Shown here in pieces: positions 34,437 to 44,745 of a DNA stretch of 45,721 bases. Numbering within the stretch: position 1 is the stretch's first letter; every line of letters begins with the position of its first letter. The position numbers and the translations under genes were made by a program. This DNA comes from Bacteroidia bacterium (GTDB lineage: Bacteria > Bacteroidota > Bacteroidia > NS11-12g > UBA955). The notes beneath the pieces were generated by a model. That model made no database searches. It saw only the letters and a list, made by a program, of their open reading frames with translations, and was not told the origin of the DNA. The DNA is taken from assembly GCA_044371405.1 (NCBI GenBank), contig JBILTS010000002.1, positions 1-45,721 on the forward strand. Direction: 5' to 3'.

Positions 34437-36910
34437 ACATAAGGATTTACGTGGTATTTGCGGATAAATTTATAGCTTTCAATTAAGCCAAGAAAAATTA
34501 GGGCAGCAAAGCCAATAATTATGAAATGGCGAAAGGTGGGCAATTGAAAACCAAAAAATGACCGCAGTGAGGGCAGCCAGATAATTGCACCAAACATAAG
34601 CAGCGATGATGATAAAATTAAGCCCGGAGCCCTGCCCAGGGTAAAGAGTTCGGTAAAAAAACTTCTTGTATCCGATAGCCCGGAAACAATCATGATGTTA
34701 ATACCTAAAATAAGTGCACTAAAAGCCAACAACCTGACTTCACCTTCTGAATGGCCTTCGGCCTTATTAAACAAATAGATAAAAACAACCATTCCCAGCA
34801 AAGCAGCCCCTTTTAAAAAAGCATAACCCATTTCACGTCCACTGAAAAACCGTTTTTTGAGCACACGTGGCGGCCTTTTCATGATATCAGACTCTTCCCT
34901 CTCAGATTCGAACGCAATGGCACAAACAGGATCAATAATTAGTTCTAAAAACACAATATGAATGGGTAGCAGCAAAATAGGTAATACAGGAAAAAATGCA
35001 GGCAGCAGGGTTAATCCGATAATGGGAATGTGGACGGCAAAAATGAACGTCATGGCTTTCTGCAGGTTATCAAAAATTCTTCTGCCCAGGCGAATCCCTG
35101 CTACGATAGAGGCAAAATGATCGTCAAGTAATACCAGCGCTGCTGCCTCGCGTGCCACATCGGTTCCCCTGTTTCCCATGGCAATGCCAATATCGGCTGC
35201 TTTCAGTGCCGGTGCATCATTTACACCATCGCCTGTCATCGCCACCACCTCTCCGGATTTTTTCAATGCTTTCACAATGGTGAGCTTTTGAGACGGGGTG
35301 ACCCGAGCAAAAATGACGGCCTTTTTCACCCTGATGATGAGTTCAGATTCTGACAAATTCCGTAGTTCCTCTCCTGTAATAATTTCACCCTCAGGCATAC
35401 CGGCCTTTCTGGCAATACTGGCCGCTGTTACCGAATAATCTCCTGTTATCATAATCGGTCTTATTCCTGCTGTCAGGCATGCTTTCATGGCTTCCGGAAC
35501 TTCAGGTCTTAATGGGTCATAAAAAGCTGCAAAACCAATAAAAGAAAACATCAGGTCCTCCATATTAAGCGGCAGTGAACTACCCTTAATTTTTGATACG
35601 GCAATACCCAGTATCCGGCAACCTTCATCAGCCATTTGCTCAAGATATGCATGCAGTGCTTCGCTGTCGGCAGATCGGCATAGCTTTAAAACCGATTCAG
35701 GCGCACCTTTGCAAAACACTTCTGTAAAACCCGTTTTTCGATTGGTATACGCCATGGCCATGATCATTCTCTCGTTATCCAACGGCATTTCCCATACAAG
35801 CTCATCGCTCAGGTAATCGGCAGTTTTTCTTGATTTCCACTCGCGCAAAACTGCATTATCAATAGGATCAGCCGTATCGTCACGAGACGCCATGGCTACA
35901 CTGTACAATAATTTTTCGGCAGGCTCGGACAACTCAAACTGGTCCAGTGCAAATACGTTTAACCCATCCGACAATTGCGTAAGGGTCATCCTATTTTGGG
36001 TCAGGGTTCCGGTTTTGTCGGTGCATAGAACCGTTGCCGAACCCAGTGTTTCAATAGAAGAAAGATTGCGGGTAAGCACCTGTTTGGAGGACAGACGCCA
36101 CGCGCCCAGCGCCATAAAAACCGTGAGTACGACCGGAAATTCCTCGGGCATAATTGCCATGGCAGAAGATAGACCCGTGAGCACTGCCTGTACCAGGTTT
36201 TTACGCGTAAAATAAAAAATAACAACAACCAACAAACTGATTATAATACCGGATATTGCAAGTTTTCGGGTCAGTGCTTTTAGGTCAAGATACATGGGAG
36301 TGGCTGTAGACTTTATACCCTCCAGCGAAAGGGCTATGCCACCCACTGTAGATTTACCCGCAGTACTCTCCACTTCAGCTTCGGCTGTACCTTTCACCAC
36401 CAGTGTACCTGCATAAACTCTGTTCTGCTCGGGCTTGATGGATTTTTGAATTGGTCCGGATTCACCGGTAATAACAGATTCATCCAATGCCAGCTGCATG
36501 GAAGATATCAGCACTGCATCTGCTGAAATACGGTCTCCTTCTGAAAGCAGCATGATATCACCGGGCACCAGTTCTCGGGAAGGAATTCTATATGTATTTC
36601 CCTCACGCCTAACCATTACCCTTGGGGCTGACAATGACTTTAGTGCATCCAGTGTCTTTCGTGTTTTTTGAGTTTGCATGAAAGTAATACCCATAATTAT
36701 GCTGAAAGCAGCAATGAGTATAAATCCCTCGCGATAATCACCAATGAATACGTATAAAATACCGCAAAGAAGCAGCAGTATAAACATTGGCTCGGATATT
36801 ACTTCTTTAAATGCATGCCATGTAGAAGACCTTTTGGCAATGTTCCATTCATTATACCCATACTTCAATAGCCGTTCGGCTGCCTCCTGCCTGCTAAGTC
36901 CTTCCTTCAT
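34433..36910 (-). CDS. Cation-translocating P-type ATPase (P2-like, E1-E2 family), ion specificity unclear
   Basis: N-terminal cation-ATPase domain (LSRQEAAERLLKYGYNE), TGES, CTDKTGTLTQN, MTGDGVNDAPALK. The TM4 motif is PEEFP rather than the PEGL of Ca pumps. Confidence 0.9.
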   Translation of the reverse strand: MKEGLSRQEAAERLLKYGYNEWNIAKRSSTWHAFKEVISEPMFILLLLCGILYVFIGDYREGFILIAAFSIIMGITFMQTQKTRKTLDALKSLSAPRVMVRREGNTYRIPSRELVPGDIMLLSEGDRISADAVLISSMQLALDESVITGESGPIQKSIKPEQNRVYAGTLVVKGTAEAEVESTAGKSTVGGIALSLEGIKSTATPMYLDLKALTRKLAISGIIISLLVVVIFYFTRKNLVQAVLTGLSSAMAIMPEEFPVVLTVFMALGAWRLSSKQVLTRNLSSIETLGSATVLCTDKTGTLTQNRMTLTQLSDGLNVFALDQFELSEPAEKLLYSVAMASRDDTADPIDNAVLREWKSRKTADYLSDELVWEMPLDNERMIMAMAYTNRKTGFTEVFCKGAPESVLKLCRSADSEALHAYLEQMADEGCRILGIAVSKIKGSSLPLNMEDLMFSFIGFAAFYDPLRPEVPEAMKACLTAGIRPIMITGDYSVTAASIARKAGMPEGEIITGEELRNLSESELIIRVKKAVIFARVTPSQKLTIVKALKKSGEVVAMTGDGVNDAPALKAADIGIAMGNRGTDVAREAAALVLLDDHFASIVAGIRLGRRIFDNLQKAMTFIFAVHIPIIGLTLLPAFFPVLPILLLPIHIVFLELIIDPVCAIAFESEREESDIMKRPPRVLKKRFFSGREMGYAFLKGAALLGMVVFIYLFNKAEGHSEGEVRLLAFSALILGINIMIVSGLSDTRSFFTELFTLGRAPGLILSSSLLMFGAIIWLPSLRSFFGFQLPTFRHFIIIGFAALIFLGLIESYKFIRKYHVNPYV

Positions 36911-36913
36911 GGC

Positions 36914-37627
36914 CTATTGAAGTTGTACCCAAACCGACAATGTATCACCGGGCAAAAACGCATCACCATTGCATTGCAAAGGGTTCAAATCCCGCAGCGT
37001 TTTAGAAATAATTAAATCTGACCTTGCTGAGATGCCATGCGATTGGTAGTCCTGAAATGCAGGATCTGTTAGGGTTTCAATATATGAAACCAAACGTCCC
37101 TGTTTGGTAGGATCATTTACAAAAACAGAAATATCCGACCATGTTTCAAAACCAATATGATAGCCAAGGTGCTGACCTTGGGTGAGTTTATCGCCGATAA
37201 AATATTCCCTGAGTGGTGCCACGTGGAAAAGCATCATTCTGAACGCAGGGTATTCATCAGATTGAATCTCAATTTTAAAACCTGCCCACTCCTGTTCAAA
37301 ACGGGTTACATTACCCGAAAAAGGTGAAAAAATTTGGACATTCTGCCAATTTATCGTATCTTCAGGATAATAATAGTGTTTCATGCTGCGACACTGCTCG
37401 GTAAAGTCGCTGTAATCGTGGCCAGCCGATGATCTGAACCGCGAAATCTTGCTGATTTTATTTAATTCAAGGTAATGTCCGGCAAACTTGGGAATTCCCT
37501 GTGTTGTAATATCCCAGACATCTTCCGGGTTGCTGTTGTTATTTTTCTTTTTACAGGCAGATTGCCAGAAAAACCCGAAAAAAATGATGCTGATGGCAAA
37601 CCATTTGAATGCATGTAATAACTTCAC
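36914..37627 (-). CDS. Hypothetical lipoprotein, 3 nt upstream of the P-type ATPase
   Basis: Lipobox (FWQSAC), GTG start. Weak, unverified resemblance to a degenerate M23/LytM fold (SAGHDYSD; GDKLTQGQHLGYHIG). Confidence 0.55.
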   Translation of the reverse strand: MKLLHAFKWFAISIIFFGFFWQSACKKKNNNSNPEDVWDITTQGIPKFAGHYLELNKISKISRFRSSAGHDYSDFTEQCRSMKHYYYPEDTINWQNVQIFSPFSGNVTRFEQEWAGFKIEIQSDEYPAFRMMLFHVAPLREYFIGDKLTQGQHLGYHIGFETWSDISVFVNDPTKQGRLVSYIETLTDPAFQDYQSHGISARSDLIISKTLRDLNPLQCNGDAFLPGDTLSVWVQLQ

Positions 37628-37693
37628 AAGGGGAAGTTAGCAGCACTTGCTGACTGAAAATCTGAGAAAGATCAGCGTTAAGCGGTTGGTTTA

Positions 37694-39364
37694 TCAGCCA
37701 ATGCGGCTTGCCAGATCCAGCCCGTTTTTGCGTGAAGTTTCCTTGGCAATTTCGTAACCGGCATCTGCATGGCGAATAACACCCATGCCGGGGTCATTGT
37801 GTAATACGCGCTTCAGACGGGCAGCAGCATCATCAGTTCCATCGGCAACGATAACCATGCCCGAATGAATGCTATAACCCATGCCTACACCACCACCATG
37901 GTGCAAACTCACCCAGCTGGCTCCGCCACCGGTATTAACAAGAGCATTCAGAATGGGCCAGTCGGCGATGGCATCGCTACCATCCAGCATGGCTTCTGTT
38001 TCGCGGTTGGGTGAAGCCACCGAACCGGTATCCAAATGGTCACGGCCGATAACGATGGGGGCTTTTACCTTGCCAGTCCTTACCAACTCATTAAACATCA
38101 GTCCTGCTTTCTCCCTTTCACCCTGTCCAAGCCAGCAAATGCGGGCAGGCAGGCCCTGGAAAGCGATTTTTTCGCGGGCCATGGTCATCCAGCGTTTCAA
38201 GCTCTGGTTTTCGGGGAACAATTCCAGAATGGCCTGGTCTGTTGTGTATATGTCTTCCGGATCGCCGCTGAGTGCAACCCAACGAAAAGGGCCTTTGCCC
38301 TCACAAAATAGCGGACGAATGAATGCAGGTACAAAACCCGGAAAATCAAAGGCATTTTTTAATCCTTTTTCAAAAGCACGGCCACGCAGGTTATTTCCAT
38401 AATCAAATGTAATGCTGCCACGTTGCTGCAGTTCCAGCATCAGTTTCACATGGTGCACCATGGTGTCGTAGCTGAGTTCGGTATATTTTTCGGGATCCAG
38501 TCTTCGTAGCTTATCGGCGGCTTCCACATCCATGCCTTCTGGGTAATAACCAATAAGGGGATCGTGCGCGCTGGTCTGGTCGGTGAGGGTCTCCGGGGTG
38601 ATATTTCTGGCAATGAGTCGCTCAAGTAGCTCTACAGCATTGCAAAGCACACCAATGCTTACAGCGGCACCTTTCTCTTTGGCCATAAGGGCCATGTCGA
38701 TGGCCTCGTCAACATCGCGGCTCATCACATCCAAATACCGGGTTTCCAGACGTTTTCTAATCCGCCATTCCTCTACCTCCGCAACCAACGCTACACCTTC
38801 ATTCATGGTTATCGCCAATGGCTGCGCACCACCCATTCCGCCCAAACCGGCGGTAACGTTCAAAGTTCCCTTCAATGTACCGCCAAAATGCTGCCTGGCA
38901 CATTCGGCGTAGGTTTCGTAGGTTCCCTGCACAATGCCTTGCGAGCCAATATATATCCAGCTGCCGGCAGTCATCTGTCCATACATAATCAAACCTTTGG
39001 CCTCAAGCTCACGGAAATGGTCCCAGTTGGCCCAATTGGGCACCAGCTGACTGTTGCTGATTAGCACGCGGGGGGCATCCTTGTGAGTGGGCAGAATCGC
39101 CACCGGCTTTCCGCTCTGTACAATTAATGTCTCGTTATCATTCAGCTCCCTAAGTGATTTCAGAATGTCATCAAATGCCTTCCAGTTTCGAGCTGCCTTA
39201 CCAAGACCGCCATACACAATCAAATCCTCCGGTTTTTCTGCCACATCAGGATCCAGGTTATTCTGAATCATGCGATAAGCGGCTTCCTGAATCCATCCTT
39301 TGCAGTTGAGTTTGGTTCCTGTTGGGGCGGTTACAATACGCGGTCCTGATGCGGGTTGAGTCAT
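37694..39364 (-). CDS. hutU: Urocanate hydratase
   Basis: 556 aa. [15 protein letters not shown]-binding loop, [18 protein letters not shown], and [20 protein letters not shown] near the C-terminus. Confidence 0.95.
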   Translation of the reverse strand: MTQPASGPRIVTAPTGTKLNCKGWIQEAAYRMIQNNLDPDVAEKPEDLIVYGGLGKAARNWKAFDDILKSLRELNDNETLIVQSGKPVAILPTHKDAPRVLISNSQLVPNWANWDHFRELEAKGLIMYGQMTAGSWIYIGSQGIVQGTYETYAECARQHFGGTLKGTLNVTAGLGGMGGAQPLAITMNEGVALVAEVEEWRIRKRLETRYLDVMSRDVDEAIDMALMAKEKGAAVSIGVLCNAVELLERLIARNITPETLTDQTSAHDPLIGYYPEGMDVEAADKLRRLDPEKYTELSYDTMVHHVKLMLELQQRGSITFDYGNNLRGRAFEKGLKNAFDFPGFVPAFIRPLFCEGKGPFRWVALSGDPEDIYTTDQAILELFPENQSLKRWMTMAREKIAFQGLPARICWLGQGEREKAGLMFNELVRTGKVKAPIVIGRDHLDTGSVASPNRETEAMLDGSDAIADWPILNALVNTGGGASWVSLHHGGGVGMGYSIHSGMVIVADGTDDAAARLKRVLHNDPGMGVIRHADAGYEIAKETSRKNGLDLASRIG

Positions 39365-39368
39365 ACTG

Positions 39369-39376
39369 CAAAATTA
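39369..39376 (-). promoter_or_regulatory. Bacteroidota -7 promoter box (TAATTTTG) for hutU
   Basis: Exact TAnnTTTG only 4 nt upstream of the hutU ATG. Confidence 0.4.
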
Positions 39377-39437
39377 CGAATAAGTTAGGGCAATTGAGGG
39401 ATTCTTGTTTCAATATCAGCCCTATTTATCTGCACAA

Positions 39438-41567
39438 TCAACCGCTAAATTTCATCGTAAGACTGATTCTTTTGCGCTGCACGTCCACATCCATCACCCT
39501 TACCTTCACATGCTGCCCCAAAGACACCACCTCGGTGGGATGTTTCACAAACCGATTGCTGAGCTGACTTACATGAACCAGCCCGTCTTGTTTGACCCCT
39601 ATATCAACAAAAGCACCAAAATCTGTAATATTCGTAACGATTCCATTCAGCTCCAGTCCTGACTCAAGGTCTGAAATGCTGCGCACCTGATCGCTGAAAC
39701 CCACGGCCTGAAATCCACCGCGGGGATCCAGACCCGGTTTTTGCAGTTCCTTAATAATATCGGTCAAAGTTGGCAGTCCAATCCCCTGTAATTCATTTAC
39801 ATAATTTTCCGGTTTCAGGTTTTTTACCTTTTCAGTATCTGCAAGTAAGGTGGCCACTGAAAGCCCTGAATCGGCAGCCATGCGACGAACCAGCTCATAC
39901 CGCTCAGGGTGAACCGCACTGTTATCCAGGGGATTGGCGGCACCACGTATGCGAAGAAACCCCGCGCATTGCTCAAATGCTTTGGCACCCAGCCGTGGAA
40001 CCTCTTTCAATTGCTCGCGGCTTTTGAACCCGCCCAGCTTTTTACGGTGCTCCAGAATATTTTGTGCCAGCACGGGTCCAAGTCCGCTCACATACGACAA
40101 CAAATGTTTGCTGGCGGTATTCAGATTTACCCCTACCGTATTCACGGCACTCTCCACCACGGCATCCAGGCGCTTTTTCAGCAGGGTCTTATTTACATCG
40201 TGCTGATACTGTCCAACCCCAATATTGCCGGGATCGATCTTTACCAATTCAGCCAGCGGATCCATCAAACGCCGACCTATGGAAATGGCACCACGCACGG
40301 TTACATCCAGCTTGGGGAACTCTTCCCTTGCCACCTCTCCGGCGCTGTATATGCTAGCTCCTGCCTCGTTAACCATATACACAGGTATTTTACCACCCAG
40401 GCACGATTTCACAAACGCCTCTGTTTCCCGGCCAGCCGTTCCGTTCCCAATGGCAATTGCCTCGGGATTGTACTTCGACACCCATTCCTGCAGGGCTTTC
40501 TCGGCGCCCATTTCATCCTTCTGTGGTTCATGCGGGTAAATGGCAAAATGATCCAGAAAATTGCCTTTTTCATCCAGTGCAACCATCTTACAACCGGTTC
40601 TAAAACCCGGATCAACAGCCAGCATTCGCTTTTCACCCAGTGGAGGTGCCAGCAGCAGCTGACGGGCATTGAGTGCAAATACGGCAATGGCTTCTTCGTC
40701 GGCACGTTCAGCGGCTTTTTGCAACATCTCGCTTTGCAGCTGGGGCTGAAGTAAACGCTCATAAGCATCCTCCAGAGATAGTTTCACTTGTTCAGTTGCA
40801 TCGCAATACCCGCGAAGCACTTGACGTCGTATAATCTGGATGGCTCTTTCTTCATCCGGACACACAGCTATTTTCAAAAATCCCAGCGATTCACCCCTAA
40901 ACATAGCCAATAGGCGATGCGACGGGCATTTTATCAGCACTTCGCTGTAATCAAAATAATCACGGAACTTCTGGGCCTCGGCATCTTCTTTTTTACCTCT
41001 GGTGACTTTGCATTTGAGTATTCCCTCCTTTTCAAACAGCAAGCGCAGATTTCCCCGCACCGCTGCATTCTCGCTGATCCACTCGGCAATAATATCCCGG
41101 GCTCCTTGCAGGGCCTCTTCACGGCTTGCAACCTGGTCGATAACAAACTTATCAATTTCCTGCCAAAAACGATCATTTTTTTGCTCGAAGATTACCGCAG
41201 CCAGAGGCTCCAGTCCTTTTTCCCTGGCTGCATCGGCCTTGCTGCGTTTTTTGGGCTTGTACGGCAAATACAAGTCCTCCAGCTGCTGCAGGTCCTGGGT
41301 TGTTTCAATGGCCAGTTTCAACTCAGGTGTGAGCTTGCCCTGCTCCTGAATTTGCTGAAGAATGTAGGCACGTCTTTTTTCGAGTTCCTGAAGTTCTTCC
41401 CACAAATCTTTTATGCGCTGTATCTGCACTTCATCCAGGTTTCCGGTCACTTCTTTTCGGTAGCGGGAAATGAATGGCACGGTGCTTCCCTCCGAAAATA
41501 ATTTTAGGGTGCTTTTAACCTGCGACTCCCGGATTTGAAGGGCGGTGGCGATTCGTTTTTCAAACAT
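39438..41567 (-). CDS. tex: Tex-family transcription accessory protein (YqgF/HhH/S1 domains)
   Basis: STVPFISRYRKEVTG N-terminal motif, central RuvC/YqgF-like region, HhH, C-terminal S1 (GIVTNITDFGAFVDIGVKQDGLVHVSQL). ATG at 41567 preferred over 41591. Confidence 0.92.
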   Translation of the reverse strand: MFEKRIATALQIRESQVKSTLKLFSEGSTVPFISRYRKEVTGNLDEVQIQRIKDLWEELQELEKRRAYILQQIQEQGKLTPELKLAIETTQDLQQLEDLYLPYKPKKRSKADAAREKGLEPLAAVIFEQKNDRFWQEIDKFVIDQVASREEALQGARDIIAEWISENAAVRGNLRLLFEKEGILKCKVTRGKKEDAEAQKFRDYFDYSEVLIKCPSHRLLAMFRGESLGFLKIAVCPDEERAIQIIRRQVLRGYCDATEQVKLSLEDAYERLLQPQLQSEMLQKAAERADEEAIAVFALNARQLLLAPPLGEKRMLAVDPGFRTGCKMVALDEKGNFLDHFAIYPHEPQKDEMGAEKALQEWVSKYNPEAIAIGNGTAGRETEAFVKSCLGGKIPVYMVNEAGASIYSAGEVAREEFPKLDVTVRGAISIGRRLMDPLAELVKIDPGNIGVGQYQHDVNKTLLKKRLDAVVESAVNTVGVNLNTASKHLLSYVSGLGPVLAQNILEHRKKLGGFKSREQLKEVPRLGAKAFEQCAGFLRIRGAANPLDNSAVHPERYELVRRMAADSGLSVATLLADTEKVKNLKPENYVNELQGIGLPTLTDIIKELQKPGLDPRGGFQAVGFSDQVRSISDLESGLELNGIVTNITDFGAFVDIGVKQDGLVHVSQLSNRFVKHPTEVVSLGQHVKVRVMDVDVQRKRISLTMKFSG

Positions 41568-41606
41568 GAAGTCACGAAAATACCAAATCACACCACGGGG
41601 ATTTCC

Positions 41607-42434
41607 TCAAATTATTGACAATGGTAAATCCAATAAATCACTTAGGTTTTGAGGCGTGGCTTTTCTCAAAGAATTTCCCATCCACACAGCAAAATCCTGA
41701 ATTAAGGTATCTGACGATTTATCGACGGCATTCCCCACAGATTTAGATAGTTTTTGGCCCTGTGGATCGAGAATTAAAGGGTGATGTTGAAACTCAATTT
41801 CTCCAAAAGCGGCCATCCCCGCTGCCAGTGCGATCTCACTCTGCAACAAGGTGGATTCTTTGAGGTCGCTTCCGCGAAAAATATGCGTTACTCCAAAATC
41901 AACATCATCGCAAATGCTGCCAATATGATAAGCGGGTATGCCATCTTTTCTGAGTATGACCGGATCACTTACCTCAAACCCCAAACTGCTTCGATTGAAT
42001 CGGAGGGCTGTCATATCCTGCCGAAAAACATGGTTTTTTGCACGACAAGTGCCTGGATATTCCCCTGAATAACCTTGCTCACTGAGTAATTTTCGGCTGC
42101 AGTCACAGGCATACGTGCATCCCTTATCTGTTAATGTTTGTATCAATTCAACATACCGGTCGGTACGGTGTTTTTGAGACCAGTTTTTATAGAAATCATC
42201 AGTACCGGAGGGCCCCAGATCCCAGTCCATACCCAAAGATTCCAAATCCCTGAAAATGGCGTCCACATATTCCGGCTTTGTTCGCTCAGCATCCAGATCA
42301 TCGATTCGCAACCAAACTTTGCCTCCATGTTTTCTGGCATACAGCCAGTTCAGTATAAAATTAAAGAGGTTACCCCGATGCAGGTATCCGCTGGGAGTGG
42401 GCGCCAGCCGGGTAATCATGTTAGTTTTGTTCAT
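41607..42434 (-). CDS. gluQ: tRNA glutamyl-Q(34) synthetase (GluQRS, truncated GluRS paralog)
   Basis: RLAPTPSGYLHRGN (HIGH-like), CDCSR...GTCR zinc cluster, KLSKS. ~275 aa with no anticodon-binding domain. The start could be 42434 (14-nt overlap with the helicase) or 42419. Confidence 0.8.
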   Translation of the reverse strand: MNKTNMITRLAPTPSGYLHRGNLFNFILNWLYARKHGGKVWLRIDDLDAERTKPEYVDAIFRDLESLGMDWDLGPSGTDDFYKNWSQKHRTDRYVELIQTLTDKGCTYACDCSRKLLSEQGYSGEYPGTCRAKNHVFRQDMTALRFNRSSLGFEVSDPVILRKDGIPAYHIGSICDDVDFGVTHIFRGSDLKESTLLQSEIALAAGMAAFGEIEFQHHPLILDPQGQKLSKSVGNAVDKSSDTLIQDFAVWMGNSLRKATPQNLSDLLDLPLSII

Positions 42435-44598
42435 GTACACGGCTTTGCAGCACCCAGCGAAGCATACCAAAAGAATAACTTTCGTCCAACAGACTTTTCA
42501 CTGCCGACAGCGATGGATCGGCGGCCTTCTCCAGGGCCGTGTTTATTTCATGAATTTGCTCAGGGGTAAGCAATTCCTCCACTTTTAATTTGCCCGCTGC
42601 AATACAAGTTCCAAGATGGCTTTCCACCGTTCCCGGTGTAAGTCCGCGCATTTGTGCTATATCTTCAATGGTATGGCCTTCCCTATGCAGTTGCAGGGTA
42701 ATTTCCTGAGATTCGCCCTTTACTGCTTTCTTTGCTGTGGTGGCCGGCTTCTCGGGCGCCTGCGGGGATTGACGCATGATTCGCGACTGTCCCGTATATA
42801 AGGAGTTACCATTCAGTCGCATTCCGTAAAGATTATTGAGGGAAAACCACAGTCGCTCCAGCAGGGTATCTGCTTTTTCAAAATATTTTTTGGCCCGTGA
42901 GCGCACTGATAATGATTGCCTGAGCTCTGTGAGCGGCTCTATTACCCGGGTATGTAATTGCCCGGCGAAATAATCGGCTCCTTTGGTGATGCGGTCTGCC
43001 AGCCGGGCCACCTCAGCTTCATCCTCAAAATCGCGGGGGAAAATTTGCATAATCTCACTGCGAAAGCGCAGTGCCACTTCCTCTATCCCCATCAGCTCTG
43101 CAGACCAGTTATCGGCTTTTTCAAAAACTTCTTTGGGCAAGGCCGATGAGAACTCCCGGTTTTCATCGCGCCATCCCTGCATTTGATTTAATGGTTCCTC
43201 AAAGCTAAACACACGGAGCAATCTTGCCCTCACATACATTTGCTGCTCATGCCACAAACGGTCGTCAAGGGCAGCACGGCCGGGCTTAACCGCCGTAAAC
43301 TCCACAATACGGGGATCGCACTGAATGCTGCGCGAGGTAATTTCACTTTTCAGCACCAATCCATCCATGCTTCGGCAGCGGCTCAGTGCTACATATACCT
43401 GGCCGGGAGCAAAGGATTTACCCGCGTCAATTACGGCTTTGTCAAAAGTTAAACCCTGGCTTTTGTGAATGGTAATTGCCCAGGCAAGCCGAATGGGATA
43501 TTGAACAAAACTGCCCAGTACCTCTTCATCCAGTTTGTCGCCCGCCTTGCTGAGTGCATAACGTTTATTTTCCCATGTTTCCGGTTTAACCTTTATGACG
43601 TGACCGGTTTCGGTAAACAACACTTCAATGTGGGATTCTTCTATGGCGTGAATGACCCCAATTTTACCATTAAAATAGTTTTTCTCCGGCGATGTATCGT
43701 TTTTCACGAACATTACCTGAGCTCCGAGTTTCACGCGCAGAGCACTTTCTGTGGGATATAAATTTTCCGGGAAATCCTTGAAAATCTTGGCAACCAAATA
43801 TTTTTCTTCTCCTTCCAGTTTTCTGAGGGCATCTTCGTTCATTCGGTCGGCAGTAGCATTATGGGTGGTAAGGGTCACAAAACCGGATTCCTTTTCTGGC
43901 TCAAAATCTGGCTGATAATACTGCATGAGGGTTTCGTAATCATCGCGGTCAAACTCAGCATGGCGAATGCGGTTCAGCAACCCCACAAACTGCCGGTCTG
44001 TTTGCCTGTGTACCGTTTCAAGCTCCAAGTGAACGGGTTCAATTTTTTTGTAAGCATGCGAATCAAAAAAATAACGGCCTCCGTAATATTGACTCAACAG
44101 GGCGGCTTCCTCCTCCTTCACCACCGGAGCCAGCTGATACAAATCACCGATTAGTAAAAGCTGCACACCACCAAATGGTTCCGCATTTCTGCGCACGGTT
44201 CTCAATGCCAAATCTATTGCATCCATGATATCCATGCGAACCATGCTCACCTCATCAATGACCAGCAATTCAAGTTCTCGAAGCATCTCTCGCTTTTGTG
44301 CCGGATATCGAAAATGCCGCAGCATCATTAGGGTATTGTTTGCCAGATTGGGATCAACATGATCGGCAGCCGGAACAAAGGACTTGGTAGGCAACCCAAA
44401 TAGTGAATGTAGGGTAACGCCACCGGCATTGATGGCAGCCACACCGGTAGGTGCCGCTACTACAAATCGCTTGCCGCATGATGGCACAATAGTCTTTAGA
44501 AACGTAGTTTTACCGGTACCTGCTTTACCTGATAAATAAATGTGTGCGCGCGTAGAAGAAATAAATTCAGAAGCTAAATCGAAGATAGAATCACTCAT
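42421..44598 (-). CDS. PIF1/RecD-like SF1 helicase with C-terminal helix-turn-helix domain
   Basis: Walker A GKAGTGKTTFLK, Walker B LLVIDEVSMV, LIGDLYQLAPV, ITIHKSQGLTF, VALSRC. C-terminal HTH (IEDIAQMRGLTPGTVESHL). ATG at 44598 preferred over 44634. Confidence 0.85.
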   Translation of the reverse strand: MSDSIFDLASEFISSTRAHIYLSGKAGTGKTTFLKTIVPSCGKRFVVAAPTGVAAINAGGVTLHSLFGLPTKSFVPAADHVDPNLANNTLMMLRHFRYPAQKREMLRELELLVIDEVSMVRMDIMDAIDLALRTVRRNAEPFGGVQLLLIGDLYQLAPVVKEEEAALLSQYYGGRYFFDSHAYKKIEPVHLELETVHRQTDRQFVGLLNRIRHAEFDRDDYETLMQYYQPDFEPEKESGFVTLTTHNATADRMNEDALRKLEGEEKYLVAKIFKDFPENLYPTESALRVKLGAQVMFVKNDTSPEKNYFNGKIGVIHAIEESHIEVLFTETGHVIKVKPETWENKRYALSKAGDKLDEEVLGSFVQYPIRLAWAITIHKSQGLTFDKAVIDAGKSFAPGQVYVALSRCRSMDGLVLKSEITSRSIQCDPRIVEFTAVKPGRAALDDRLWHEQQMYVRARLLRVFSFEEPLNQMQGWRDENREFSSALPKEVFEKADNWSAELMGIEEVALRFRSEIMQIFPRDFEDEAEVARLADRITKGADYFAGQLHTRVIEPLTELRQSLSVRSRAKKYFEKADTLLERLWFSLNNLYGMRLNGNSLYTGQSRIMRQSPQAPEKPATTAKKAVKGESQEITLQLHREGHTIEDIAQMRGLTPGTVESHLGTCIAAGKLKVEELLTPEQIHEINTALEKAADPSLSAVKSLLDESYSFGMLRWVLQSRVHEQN

Positions 44599-44695
44599 AA
44601 AAATAAAAATTAAAAAATAAGGCCGAAGATACATCCACTTGTTTTATTTCTAAAAAAATCCAACAAACAACTTTTATAAGAATCTATTTTTTATG

Positions 44696-44703
44696 TATTT
44701 TTG
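44696..44703 (+). promoter_or_regulatory. Bacteroidota -7 promoter box (TATTTTTG) for the AraC-family gene
   Basis: Exact TAnnTTTG, 42 nt upstream of the ATG at 44746, in an AT-rich spacer. Confidence 0.4.
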
Positions 44704-44745
44704 TTTGCGACTTATAACTACTTTATTTTTTAATAACAAGCAAAA

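Noticed and set aside
37694-39364. hutU present without hutH, hutI or hutG neighbours
   Set aside because: Hut genes are often dispersed in Bacteroidota. The gene looks intact, and nothing in the sequence suggests an anomaly beyond the short leader noted separately.
39909-40754. 281-aa plus-strand ORF antisense to tex, plus several nested ORFs at 39934-40539
   Set aside because: This is the same codon-aligned antisense artefact. The translation has no recognisable motifs, and tex fully explains the region.
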